DNA of 64,000 nt from Oscillospiraceae bacterium. Lineage in GTDB: Bacteria > Bacillota > Clostridia > Oscillospirales > Oscillospiraceae. The stretch is from assembly GCA_015067995.1 (NCBI GenBank), contig SVLJ01000015.1:511-64510 (forward strand), in the 5' to 3' direction. The notes beneath the pieces are model-generated. The model saw only the letters and a list, made by a program, of their open reading frames with translations, was not told where the DNA came from and did no database searches. Shown here piece after piece: positions 19,323 through 28,438 of the stretch; within the stretch, counting starts at the first letter, position 1; each line of letters starts with the position of its first letter. A program made the position numbers and the translations under genes.

Positions 19323-20016
19323 GCTGTTCCCCCTTTCCGTCGATATCCACAAAGAAGGTACCCAGCCATGCGCACACCAGTGTGGAGGCGATCAGCGCCC
19401 AGCTGGAGGGGATCACCTGTGTGAGCAGGGTGTTGCATACGGCTGTCAGCGCGGCCAGCGCCAGCATCCGCCGGTTTCCGGTGAGACTGGGGGTCAGGAT
19501 GCCGATGAACATGGCATAAATGGCGATGCCAAGGCTGGCGCTGACAATGTCGGGCAGGAGACTGGAGGCCAGCGCGCCTGCCAGTGTGCTGAGATTCCAT
19601 GCGGAATAGATCACGGCCACCAGCCCCAGAAAGAAGGAAATGGTGTGGTGTTCCTCCTGCTCCGTGGTAAAGATGGCGAAGGTCTCATCCGTTACGCCGA
19701 AGGCGGCCAGCAGCTTCCATGCGGCCTTTTCGCCCCGCAGAGGGTGCATCACGCAGGTGCTCATGATCAGATGCCGCAGATTCAGAATGAAGGTGGCAAG
19801 AATCATGGCCAGCAGTCCGGCACCTTGTGCGTACATACCCACCGCCATCATCTGGCTGGCTCCGGCGCAGACCAGCAGAGACATGCCGCTGGTCTGGGCC
19901 ACGGTCAATCCCGCCTGCCTTGCCATAACGGCAAAGGCGATGCCCACCGGCACCGTCCCCAGAATCACGGGGACGGCGGCACGCACGCCAGAAAGAAATT
20001 CGCGTTTCAAAGACAT
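19309..20016 (-). CDS. azlC: AzlC family branched-chain amino acid permease
   Basis: 235 aa. The sequence FLSGVRAAVPVILGTVPVGIAFAVMARQAGL is typical of AzlC. Confidence 0.85.
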   Translation of the reverse strand: MSLKREFLSGVRAAVPVILGTVPVGIAFAVMARQAGLTVAQTSGMSLLVCAGASQMMAVGMYAQGAGLLAMILATFILNLRHLIMSTCVMHPLRGEKAAWKLLAAFGVTDETFAIFTTEQEEHHTISFFLGLVAVIYSAWNLSTLAGALASSLLPDIVSASLGIAIYAMFIGILTPSLTGNRRMLALAALTAVCNTLLTQVIPSSWALIASTLVCAWLGTFFVDIDGKGEQHGQQ

Positions 20017-20140
20017 GCCTCCTCACTTTTGGATATTTTGTAGTATATCAGCGCAGCTCGGAAAGGGCAAGAACAGAATGTTTGTCTGTATTGGGAAAAC
20101 AATCATCTGCGGACAAGGGACGTTTTGGTGAAAACGATGA

Positions 20141-20169
20141 TTGACTTTACTGCGGCGGCGTGGTAAGGT
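20141..20169 (+). promoter_or_regulatory. promoter of the riboswitch-controlled symporter gene
   Basis: TTGACT (20141-20146), 17 nt spacer, TAAGGT (20164-20169). Confidence 0.5.
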
Positions 20170-20201
20170 AGTAGCACAATTCCATAACGGCATGTGAAGT
20201 T

Positions 20202-20412
20202 CTTAGGGGAATGGCGAAAGCCTGCCGAAGGAGTAAAACTCTCAGGCGCCCGTGTTCGGGTGAGGACTAAGAATGGATGTGGCTCTGGAGAATCCCGGAA
20301 ACGGGTACCGAAGGTGCAAGACAGCCTGCATTGGCTGTTGAATCTCTCAGGTAAAAGGACAGAGAAGGAAACGGAACACAGAAGGTTTCTGTGGGTGTTT
20401 TCCATTGTTTTC
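20202..20412 (+). promoter_or_regulatory. tandem glycine riboswitch (two aptamers plus terminator-type expression platform)
   Basis: Aptamer 1 spans 20202-20271: CTTAG-GGGAA...GCCGAAGGAGTAA...CTCAGGCG...GAGGAC-TAAG. Aptamer 2 spans 20284-20364: CTCTGGAGAA...ACCGAAGGTGCAA...CTCTCAGGTAAAAGGACAGAG. A hairpin CACAGAA/TTCTGTG followed by a T-rich tract comes next. The downstream gene is a known glycine-riboswitch target class. Confidence 0.88.
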
Positions 20413-20462
20413 TTCGGAGCAGCATCACCGCTGTTCCGTTTATTTCTTGGGAGGAAAACATC

Positions 20463-21857
20463 ATGGGAAATCTGGAAACCGCTATTTACAACGTCGTATG
20501 TGACATCAACAACTATCTGTCCAGCTATGTCCTCATCGTTTTGCTGGTGGGCGTGGGCCTGTGGTACAGCATTCAGACCCGCTTTGTGCAGGTGCGCTGC
20601 TTCGGCGAGGGCTGGAAGCGCTTTTTCGGTGGTCTGAGCCTTCGCGGCGGCAAGCAGAGCAGCGGCATGACCTCTTTCCAGGCACTGGCCACCGCCATTG
20701 CCGCACAGGTGGGTACCGGCAATATCGTGGGTGCATCCGGCGCTATCCTCACTGGCGGCCCCGGCGCCATCTTCTGGATGTGGGTCATCGCCTTCCTGGG
20801 TATGGCCACCATCTATGCGGAAGCCACGCTGGCTCAGAAGACCCGTACTGCAGACAAGGACGGCAATATCCACGGCGGTCCTGTGTACTACATCACCACG
20901 GCCTTCAAGGGCGGCTTCGGTAAGTTCCTGGCAGCCTTCTTCGCCATTGCCACTGTACTGGCACTGGGCTTCATGGGCAGCATGGTGCAGTCCAACTCCA
21001 TTGGTTCCACCATTGAAACCGCATTCGGCATCCCCGCATGGGTCTCCGGCCTGGTGCTGGTTGCCATCTGCGCAGTGATTTTCCTGGGCGGCGTGCAGCG
21101 TCTGGCATCCGTTACCGAGAAGCTGGTGCCTGTCATGGCAGTGATTTTCCTGCTGGGCGGTCTGGCCATTCTGGCAGCTCGTATTTCCTATGTGCCCGCT
21201 ACCTTCGCAATGATCTTTAAGTATGCGTTCCAGCCTCAGGCCATTCTGGGCGGTGCGTTCGGCGCAGGCATCAAGGCCGCCATCTCTCAGGGTGCCAAGC
21301 GCGGCCTGTTCTCCAATGAAGCTGGTATGGGCTCTACTCCTCATGCTCACGCCCAGGCCAACGTGGAAAAGCCTCACGATCAGGGCGTGGTAGCCATGAT
21401 CGGTGTGTTTATCGACACCTTCGTTGTTCTGACCCTCAACGCACTGGTGATCATCTCCACCCTGTATGCCGCCGACGGCCCTCTGGCCGAATGCGGCGCA
21501 GCTGCCGCCAGCACCGTCATCAGCAAGACCAATTTGGCACAGACCGCCTTTGGCACCATTTTCGGTGCAGATCTGGGCGCCATGTTCGTGGCTGTCTGCC
21601 TGTTCTTCTTCGCATTCTCCACCATTCTCAGCTGGAACCTCTTCGGTAAGATCAACGCCGAGTATCTGTTTGGCAAGAAGGGCGTCAAGGTGTATTCCGT
21701 GGTGGCGCTGGTCTTCATCTTCCTGGGCACTGTCACCAGCAACGATCTGGTGTGGGAGCTGACGGATGCATTCAACTATCTGATGGTGCTGCCCAACGCT
21801 CTGGCCCTGTTTGCCCTGACCAAAATGGTCAAGGACTCTGTGCCCAGCAGCAAATAA
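20463..21857 (+). CDS. alanine/glycine:cation symporter (AGCS family)
   Basis: ORF trimmed to MGNLETAIYNVV with RBS GGGAGG. AGCS motifs present (GGPGAIFWMWVIAFLGM, SNEAGMGSTPHAH). Confidence 0.9.
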   Translation: MGNLETAIYNVVCDINNYLSSYVLIVLLVGVGLWYSIQTRFVQVRCFGEGWKRFFGGLSLRGGKQSSGMTSFQALATAIAAQVGTGNIVGASGAILTGGPGAIFWMWVIAFLGMATIYAEATLAQKTRTADKDGNIHGGPVYYITTAFKGGFGKFLAAFFAIATVLALGFMGSMVQSNSIGSTIETAFGIPAWVSGLVLVAICAVIFLGGVQRLASVTEKLVPVMAVIFLLGGLAILAARISYVPATFAMIFKYAFQPQAILGGAFGAGIKAAISQGAKRGLFSNEAGMGSTPHAHAQANVEKPHDQGVVAMIGVFIDTFVVLTLNALVIISTLYAADGPLAECGAAAASTVISKTNLAQTAFGTIFGADLGAMFVAVCLFFFAFSTILSWNLFGKINAEYLFGKKGVKVYSVVALVFIFLGTVTSNDLVWELTDAFNYLMVLPNALALFALTKMVKDSVPSSK

Positions 21858-21872
21858 AAGCATTTGAAACGA

Positions 21873-21915
21873 GGAGAGAGTGCCTGCGTAAGCGGGCACT
21901 CTCCCTCTTCGTCTT
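21873..21915 (+). terminator. rho-independent terminator
   Basis: GGAGAGAGTGCC...GGCACTCTCC followed by a CT-rich/T-rich tract. Confidence 0.7.
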
Positions 21916-22029
21916 CTTGGGGCCTCACGGATCTCACCCCTACGGGGTGCTCATCCCTTACCATGATAAAAGCCAGCCCCGCAAAGCAGGACTGGCTTTT
22001 ATGAAGACTAACCCTAATTTTAATACAAA

Positions 22030-22099
22030 TGCACCCCCTTTTGAGGTAAGGGGGTGCAAAGTCATTTTAGGGGGTGCATTTTTAGGTCAGGGGGGTGCA
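22030..22099. repeat. GGGGGTGCA repeat array (three direct copies plus one inverted)
   Basis: Inverted copy TGCACCCCC at 22030-22038. Direct copies at 22050-22058, 22070-22078 and 22091-22099, spaced 20 and 21 bp apart. A related CACCCC/GGGGTGC hairpin lies at 21935-21950. Confidence 0.85.
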
Positions 22100-22133
22100 A
22101 AGAATTTCGAATTTATAAAGCCATTCAAGCTAA

Positions 22134-22838
22134 TTAGTATATGTTATTGGGATTATTAAGTTTTTCTGTTATATGACGCACGATTGCTTTGTGAAGCTCG
22201 TCGTATGCAGGACCTTCGTTTTTCCAAATCAGTTGATTTGCTTTGTTGATACCATCGTACATTTGCTCTATTTGCTCTTCATTCAAAGGAAGCGACACAT
22301 TATGAAAATACTCGTCGATAACTTGGGTAAGAAGATCGACATATCGATTTGCACCAATTGTTTTTAATGCTTCTATTGTGTATGAAAGATTGCTTGATGC
22401 AAGAACCTCTTGAATGTCATCCATAATGCTATAACTGAAATTCAAACACAGAGCAAGAACTTGCCCATCCGGGGACAACTGATCAATGCTATCATTAGAA
22501 ACAGCATTCATAAAACGATCGAAATGAAAAGAAGGAAGTTGGTCAGATGTATCATCATTATCAATAAAGAATTCATTATATGAATCAGTACGCCATCCAC
22601 CTGCTCTTTTTATCAAGATATTATAATCAATTGTGTTGCTATTGATAATTACAGCATTTCTTTCAAAAGAATTATTGTCTTCAAGATAATAAATATCTGC
22701 TTCGGGAACATCAACGTTAAGTGTCTTGCCATTTTTAATGGTGCCCACAAACTCGCTGTTGATATAGATGTTGTATGGCAAAAGTGCTCCTGCAAATGCA
22801 GCTTTTCTGAAAATATTAAATCGAACATGCTTCACCAA
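22134..22838 (-). CDS. hypothetical protein, AT-rich orphan (possible DMP19/DUF4375-like C-terminal half)
   Basis: ORF 22134..22898, trimmed to a TTG start at 22838, 6 nt after GGGAGG. The C-terminal half, QLSPDGQVLALCLNFSYSIM...TIEALKTIGANRYVDLLTQVIDEYF, resembles the DMP19-like pattern. This is recollection only. Confidence 0.55.
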   Translation of the reverse strand: MVKHVRFNIFRKAAFAGALLPYNIYINSEFVGTIKNGKTLNVDVPEADIYYLEDNNSFERNAVIINSNTIDYNILIKRAGGWRTDSYNEFFIDNDDTSDQLPSFHFDRFMNAVSNDSIDQLSPDGQVLALCLNFSYSIMDDIQEVLASSNLSYTIEALKTIGANRYVDLLTQVIDEYFHNVSLPLNEEQIEQMYDGINKANQLIWKNEGPAYDELHKAIVRHITEKLNNPNNIY

Positions 22839-22888
22839 ATCGCACCTCCCGAGTGATAACATTAGTTTTATTATACCATAATCATAAT

Positions 22889-22970
22889 GAACGTTCAATA
22901 ATTCAACGATTACCCCTGTAAATCAACGATTATAGCTATGATTTAACGATTATCTGTGTTTTAACGATTT
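22889..22970. repeat. phased AACGATT direct repeats upstream of the orphan gene
   Basis: CAACGATTA at 22904-22912 and 22924-22932, TAACGATTA at 22944-22952 and TAACGATTT at 22962-22970, spaced 20, 20 and 18 bp. A GAACGTTC palindrome sits at 22889-22896. Confidence 0.85.
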
Positions 22971-23083
22971 GAAGTGGAATTAAATTGTCATTTTAGAGAT
23001 TTCTCTCCCAAAAAGTTCTCAAAATGCTGATTTTGGGTATAAAATAACCGTCATTCCGTTGTATCAGAATGACGGTTATTCTT

Positions 23084-23172
23084 TGGCGGAGAGTAAGGGA
23101 TTCGAACCCCTGTGGCGTTGCCGCCTAACGGTTTTCAAGACCGCCCCGTTGTGACCACTTCGGTAACTCTCC
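23084..23172 (-). tRNA. tRNA-Ser (anticodon UGA)
   Basis: The reverse complement reads GGAGAGTTACCGAAGTGGTCACAACGGGGCGGTCTTGAAAACCGTTAGGCGGCAACGCCACAGGGGTTCGAATCCCTTACTCTCCGCCA. It has a long variable arm, anticodon loop CTTGAAA, GGTTCGAATCC T-loop and an encoded CCA. Confidence 0.93.
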
Positions 23173-23224
23173 GTATGTTATTTTGAAAAGAAAACGTCGT
23201 TGCGAACTGAAGTCCGCAACGACG

Positions 23225-23318
23225 TGGCGCAGAAGGAGGGATTTGAACCCTCGCGGCGTTTTTTAGACACCCTACTCCCTTAGCAGGGGAGCCCCTTCGG
23301 CCTCTTGGGTACTTCTGC
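23225..23318 (-). tRNA. tRNA-Ser (anticodon GCU)
   Basis: The reverse complement reads GCAGAAGTACCCAAGAGGCCGAAGGGGCTCCCCTGCTAAGGGAG...GGGTTCAAATCCCTCCTTCTGCGCCA. Features are anticodon loop CTGCTAA, a 5-bp variable-arm stem and an encoded CCA. Confidence 0.9.
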
Positions 23319-23514
23319 ATACCGTGGACGGAGCGCCGACATCCGAACACTTATGGTATATTATCATAAGGATGTGTGCTTTGTCAACGGGAAATTCATG
23401 GAGATTGTAATTTTCCTTGCAGGAAAAGGATTCTCACAGCCTTCTTTCTTTACAAGCCGGAGAGGATTTGCTATACTGGCACAATCATATCATTTCCCCT
23501 GGGAGGAATTTCTT

Positions 23515-24681
23515 ATGAAAATGTATGTCCGGCGTGTGCTGCTGATCTGTATTCTGGCAGTGCTTATGGCAACGGCGGTCTTGGCCGCACCGGAGCAGGA
23601 ATATCCCACCGGTGTCAGCGGCGAGGCTACCTGGACACTGAAGGGCGACACCATGTACATCACCGGACAGGGTATGCTGTCCGGCGTCAGCAATGCGGAC
23701 TGTCAGCCGTGGGAGTACTTCCAGGATCAGATTCGCCATGTAGTGGTGGAAGATGGCGTCACCCTCATCGGCGATGTGATCTTTGCCCACACCTACAATC
23801 TGGAGACCGTCACCATTGCCGACAGCGTGACGGAGATCTGCGAGGGCGCTTTCCGCAACTGCTACGCACTGAAAACCGTCAAGCTGCCTGCCAATCTGCA
23901 GAGGCTGGGCAACTTTGTGTTCGCCTACTGCGAGAAGCTGGAATCTGCGGAACTGCCGGACAGCCTCACCGAGATGGGCGGCAGCGTGTTTACCGGCTGT
24001 TCCTCCATGACCAGCGTCAGGCTGCCCAATGACCTGTACGATGTGCAGCAGATGAATTTCGATTCCTGTATGTCTCTGACGGAAGTGACCATCCCGGCAG
24101 GTGTGGGTTTCCTGCGTCATGCATCCTTTCCCAACTGCTTCAATCTGAAAAAAGTGGTGTTCGAGGGCGACCAGCCCCATACCAACGGCGATCCCTTCTA
24201 TATGGGGCCTGCTGATCTGGTGGTCTATTGTTACAACGATGCCAAGGGCTGGGACGATGCGCTTTTCTATACGTATCCCGTGGTAAAGTTGGATCGCGGC
24301 GCTCAGCCTCCGGAGGAGGAGAAACCTGCGGATGATCTGACGATTCCGGATGATGGTGGGGACAAAAAGCCGGAACAAAAGCCGGAAGAGCCAACGAGTG
24401 GGGAAACCGAGACTCTTGCCCCGCCGGATGCCATGCCCGGCGTGACAGTTCCTGCTGATCAGCCGACATCGCCCTCCGGCAGCGCTGTGGATCTGCCGGT
24501 GCAGGCAGAGGATGCGGTTGCGCAGCTGCCGGAACCCCCTGCAGCAGAGCAGCCTCCGGAAGAGCAGCCCGAAAAACAGCCGGGCATGACGCCTGTGCTT
24601 TTGGTCGGCGCTGCGGCTGTGGCGGTGTGCTGCGTGTGTGCTCTGCTGATGAGCCGCAGAAAAGTGAAAAGAGAGAAATAA
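23515..24681 (+). CDS. cell-surface leucine-rich-repeat (BspA-type) protein with C-terminal membrane anchor
   Basis: Trimmed to MKMYVRRVLLICILAVLMATAVLA (signal peptide, RBS GGGAGG). Repeated units have the form I(A/P)DSVTEI..GAF..C..L..V.LP. A Pro/Glu-rich linker is followed by a TM helix and then RRKVKREK. Confidence 0.8.
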   Translation: MKMYVRRVLLICILAVLMATAVLAAPEQEYPTGVSGEATWTLKGDTMYITGQGMLSGVSNADCQPWEYFQDQIRHVVVEDGVTLIGDVIFAHTYNLETVTIADSVTEICEGAFRNCYALKTVKLPANLQRLGNFVFAYCEKLESAELPDSLTEMGGSVFTGCSSMTSVRLPNDLYDVQQMNFDSCMSLTEVTIPAGVGFLRHASFPNCFNLKKVVFEGDQPHTNGDPFYMGPADLVVYCYNDAKGWDDALFYTYPVVKLDRGAQPPEEEKPADDLTIPDDGGDKKPEQKPEEPTSGETETLAPPDAMPGVTVPADQPTSPSGSAVDLPVQAEDAVAQLPEPPAAEQPPEEQPEKQPGMTPVLLVGAAAVAVCCVCALLMSRRKVKREK

Positions 24682-24720
24682 GAAATATCCGGCGGGTTAC
24701 AGCGCCGGATATTTCTTATT
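24680..24720 (+). terminator. rho-independent terminator
   Basis: AAGAAATATCCGGCG...CGCCGGATATTTCTT followed by ATTT. Confidence 0.75.
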
Positions 24721-24829
24721 TACAGTCCGTTCACGATGATATTGCTGACAAACCGGAAAAACTGTGATATGATGTAAAAGTTAAATTGCGTTATTTTGCC
24801 CATTTGACAGAGAAGGGGGGGAGTGGCCT

Positions 24830-26158
24830 GTGAAAAAAGCGCTTCGGAAGGCGGCGACTGCTGTGTGGATCGCCTTGCTGCTGCTTGTCGGCACCGGCTG
24901 TTCCTTCCGACTGGTGGCTTCGCCGGAGGATCTGTATACGCTGCCTAATCTACCGGCGGAATACACAACGCTGGGTGAAAGAATCCAAAGCTTGCTTTTC
25001 TCCGGTATGGAATATGCGGCGCCGGTGTCCGGCACTCACACGCAGAATGTCCAGCTGATGGACCTGAACAGCGACGGTGCCCAGGAGGCGGTGGTGTTTC
25101 TGCGGAACTCTGCAGAGGAGCAGCCGCTGCGCATCCACATCTTTACTTCCGGCACCGACGGTTATGAAGAAGCGGCGGTGATTTCCGGCAGTGGAAGCAG
25201 CATTTACAGTTTCAATGCTTGTGATATAGATGGTGACGGCCGTATGGAACTGCTGGTGGGCTGGGAGACCGGCATGGAGATGCGTGCGCTGACGGTGTAT
25301 GCTTTCCACAGCGGCCAGCTGCGCGAGCTGGCGCGTACCGGCTATGGCCGTTATGCAGTGGCGGATCTGAATCAGGATGCCGTACAGGAGCTGACCGTGT
25401 TTTGCACGGATGAGCAGGGTGCTGCCGTGGCAGATCTCTATGTGTGGAAGGATGGACTGGAAAAGGCTTCGTCCTGTCCCCTCTCCTTTGGCCTTGCAGA
25501 ACTCAATGACGGCAGCGTGGTGACAGGCGCTCTGCGGGACGGCACTGCGGCGCTGTTTGTCAGCGGCGTCAGAGGCAATGCCATGGCAGCTGATATTTTA
25601 AGGATGGAGCGGGAACAGCTGGTGAACGCGGTGCGTTCTGAGTTTACCGGTATGACTGCGGAGATATTCCGCTACCGCGGCTTGCTGCCGGAGGATATCA
25701 ACGGTGACGGTGTCACCGAAGTTCCTGCGGTGGTGATGATCTCCGACACGGAGGATTACCGCGTGGATTGGTACAGCTACGAAGCAGAAGGACTGCGTAC
25801 AGCGACGCTGTCTACCTACTACAACACCGCTGACGGCTGGTATCTGGAGCTGCCGCCTGAATGGATCGAGACCGTCACGGTAAGCAGAAGCAGGTACAGC
25901 GAAGACGAGATCGCGGTGACATTCAGCCGCCGGGAAGAAAATGTACTGCCGATTTTGCGAATTTGTGCCATTTCCGGCAGCGGGCGGGAACAGAAGGCGG
26001 CTCGCGGCAATCGCCTGATTCTGAGCCGTCAGGCGGATACGATCTATACCGTTGAGCTGATGGCGGGCAATGCCGGTTGGCCGGGGACGGTTACAGAGGA
26101 CCAGCTGCGCAGCAGCTTCCATTTGGTGGAACGAAAGTGGGCGGCAGGAGATAACTGA
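24830..26158 (+). CDS. lipoprotein with FG-GAP/VCBS-like calcium-binding repeats
   Basis: GTG start. Lipobox LLVGTGC. Repeated units DLNSDGAQE, DIDGDGRME, DLNQDAVQE and DINGDGVTE. Confidence 0.65.
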   Translation: MKKALRKAATAVWIALLLLVGTGCSFRLVASPEDLYTLPNLPAEYTTLGERIQSLLFSGMEYAAPVSGTHTQNVQLMDLNSDGAQEAVVFLRNSAEEQPLRIHIFTSGTDGYEEAAVISGSGSSIYSFNACDIDGDGRMELLVGWETGMEMRALTVYAFHSGQLRELARTGYGRYAVADLNQDAVQELTVFCTDEQGAAVADLYVWKDGLEKASSCPLSFGLAELNDGSVVTGALRDGTAALFVSGVRGNAMAADILRMEREQLVNAVRSEFTGMTAEIFRYRGLLPEDINGDGVTEVPAVVMISDTEDYRVDWYSYEAEGLRTATLSTYYNTADGWYLELPPEWIETVTVSRSRYSEDEIAVTFSRREENVLPILRICAISGSGREQKAARGNRLILSRQADTIYTVELMAGNAGWPGTVTEDQLRSSFHLVERKWAAGDN

Positions 26159-26200
26159 CGCCATATGTCAGATTTGAACGCGGAAGGAGCGTGACAGTCA

Positions 26201-26887
26201 ATGAAGAAGGTTCTGGTACTGGAGGACGAGGCCAGTATCCGCGGTTTTATTGTGATCAATCTCAGTCGTGCCGGCTACACTGTGGTGGAGGCGGAGAGCG
26301 GCGAGGAAGCGCTGGAAAAACTCCGGGAAAACCCGGATGCGCGGGTGGCGCTGCTGGATGTGATGCTGCCCGGCATCGACGGCTTCGAGGTGTGCCGCCG
26401 TATCCGTGCCACCAATACCAAGATCGGCATTATCATGCTCACGGCCCGGGCGCAGGAAATGGACAAGGTGACCGGCCTGATGACCGGCGCGGATGACTAT
26501 GTGACCAAGCCCTTCTCACCGGCGGAACTGACCGCCAGAGTCGATGCCCTGTTTCGCCGTACCGGCGGGGATGAGCAGACTGCTGCGGGTGAGATCCGTC
26601 AGGCGCCATTCCTTCTGAACACCCGCAACCGAACACTGGAAAAGAACGGGGAACGGATCAAGCTGACGCAGGTGGAGTATTCCATCATGAAAACCTTTAT
26701 GGAGAATCCGGGAAAAGCGCTTTCCCGTGAAGAGATTCTGGATATGGTCTGGGGTCGTGACTATTTCGGAGAACTGAAGATCGTAGATGTGAATATCCGC
26801 CGTCTGCGTCTGAAAATCGAGGACAACGTGCAGAACCCCACTTACATTACCACGGTATGGGGTTACGGCTACAAGTGGGGCTTCTGA
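26201..26887 (+). CDS. OmpR-family response regulator
   Basis: The receiver domain (VLVLEDE...LLDVMLPGIDGF...TARAQE) is followed by a winged-helix domain (LTQVEYSIMKTF...IRRLRLKIE...ITTVWGYGYKW). Confidence 0.92.
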   Translation: MKKVLVLEDEASIRGFIVINLSRAGYTVVEAESGEEALEKLRENPDARVALLDVMLPGIDGFEVCRRIRATNTKIGIIMLTARAQEMDKVTGLMTGADDYVTKPFSPAELTARVDALFRRTGGDEQTAAGEIRQAPFLLNTRNRTLEKNGERIKLTQVEYSIMKTFMENPGKALSREEILDMVWGRDYFGELKIVDVNIRRLRLKIEDNVQNPTYITTVWGYGYKWGF

Positions 26888-26928
26888 GGAGGCCGTGCCT
26901 GCGGAATTGATGTGAGAGGAGGGGCGCC

Positions 26929-28362
26929 ATGAAGCGCAGTAAGAGGCTGCACAGCAGAATGCGGCACATCCGTGGTCTGCGTCAGCGTTGGATCTTGAAC
27001 ACGGTGGCGCCCATTGCCGTACTTCTGGTGCTGCTGGTGACGGTGGCCGGCTTCGGTGTGGCCAACTATTACTATAGCAGCATGCGCAACGGCCTGGAGC
27101 TGAAGGCGCAGGAGGCCGGCGGCACCATCAACAGCTACTTCATGAACAGCTATGCGGAGTATGAACGCTTCACCGTCAGCTTCATCAGCGGCTTTGAGGA
27201 AAAAGAGGACATCGAACTGCAGATCATTTCCAGCAGCGGCAAGATCCGCACTTCCACCTCGGGCCTGACGGCAGGCATGTCGCCGGGCACGCCGGATATC
27301 CAGCGGGTGATGACCACTGGAAAGTCCGCGGTTTACCACGGTGCAGACTATCAGACCGGGCAGGAGATCCTGGCGGTTTCCTATCCGCTGATCTTCAGCG
27401 GACGGGTGGTTGGTGCTCTGCGGTATGTAACGGCGCTGGAACAGATGAACCGTCAGATTCTGGTGTCGGTTGCGGTGATTGCATTGCTGGCGGTGCTGAC
27501 GCTGCTGCTGGTGATCGGCTCCAACCTGATCTTCATCAACAACGTGGTGGAGCCGGTGGCCGTGGTGTCTGACACGGTGCAGCGGATTTCCGCCGGCAGC
27601 TACGGCGTCCAGATCGATGCGCAGTACCGCGACGAGCTGGGCGAACTGGTGCGCAGCATCAACGATATGTCTCTGAAGCTGAGCCACAGTGAAAAGGTCA
27701 AAAGTGAATTCATCTCATCTGTATCCCATGAACTGCGTACGCCGCTGACGGCTATCAACGGCTGGGTAGAGACCATGCTGGAGGACCGTGACCCGGAGCA
27801 GCTGCGCCGTGGTCTGGGCATCGTGCTGAAGGAATCACGCCGCCTGACCACCATGGTGGAGGAACTGCTGGAATTCTCCAAGATGGAGGATGGCCGTTTC
27901 ACCTTGCAGGTGGAGGAAGTGGACGTGCAGGCGGAGTTTGAAGACACCATTTTTACCTACCGTGAGCTGTTTGCCCAGGAGGGGATCGTGCTGGAGTACG
28001 ATCCCGCCGATGATCTGCTGCCTACGCTGGACGGCGATCCGGAGCGTCTTAGACAGGTGTTCTGCAACGTGCTGGACAATGCTGCCAAGCACGGCGGCAG
28101 CGGTAAGCGCATCACGGCGTCCATCCGGCAGGAGGACGATGCGGAGGTCATCCGCGTCCGGGATTATGGTCCCGGCGTTCCCGTGGAGGAGCTGCCCTAT
28201 ATCAAGAAGAAATTCTACAAGGGCTCTTCCAAAGCACGCGGAAGCGGCATCGGTCTTGCGGTGTGCGATGAGATCATCCGACTCCATGGCGGCGAGTTTA
28301 CCATCGGAAACGCGGAGGGCGGCGGCTGCGAGGTGACCATTCGCCTCCCAGCGGAAAAATAA
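26929..28362 (+). CDS. sensor histidine kinase (TM-HAMP-HisKA-HATPase)
   Basis: H-box FISSVSHELRTPLTAING, N-box VLDNAAKHG, and G-boxes RDYGPGV and GSGIGLAVC. Confidence 0.92.
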   Translation: MKRSKRLHSRMRHIRGLRQRWILNTVAPIAVLLVLLVTVAGFGVANYYYSSMRNGLELKAQEAGGTINSYFMNSYAEYERFTVSFISGFEEKEDIELQIISSSGKIRTSTSGLTAGMSPGTPDIQRVMTTGKSAVYHGADYQTGQEILAVSYPLIFSGRVVGALRYVTALEQMNRQILVSVAVIALLAVLTLLLVIGSNLIFINNVVEPVAVVSDTVQRISAGSYGVQIDAQYRDELGELVRSINDMSLKLSHSEKVKSEFISSVSHELRTPLTAINGWVETMLEDRDPEQLRRGLGIVLKESRRLTTMVEELLEFSKMEDGRFTLQVEEVDVQAEFEDTIFTYRELFAQEGIVLEYDPADDLLPTLDGDPERLRQVFCNVLDNAAKHGGSGKRITASIRQEDDAEVIRVRDYGPGVPVEELPYIKKKFYKGSSKARGSGIGLAVCDEIIRLHGGEFTIGNAEGGGCEVTIRLPAEK

Positions 28363-28438
28363 GAAAAAATCGAACAGATGTTGCATTATTTTGAAAAGAG
28401 TAGTATTCTGTTAACAGCACTACTGGAAAGGATTTCCC

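Noticed and set aside
21951-21963. GTAAGGGAT (inverted) matches part of the tRNA-Ser(UGA) 3' half, suggesting a tRNA-derived att repeat bounding the AT-rich islet
   Set aside because: The match is only 9 nt and is in inverted rather than direct orientation. There is no integrase nearby, so chance is the likelier explanation.
22030-22099. GGGGGTGCA repeats considered as a mini-CRISPR
   Set aside because: The repeat unit is only 9 bp, the intervening segments are 11-12 bp, and there are no cas genes. The architecture fits protein-binding sites better.
23305-23514. N-terminal extension of the LRR protein ORF
   Set aside because: The extension overlaps tRNA-Ser(GCU) and lacks an RBS. The signal peptide and GGGAGG RBS define the start at 23515.
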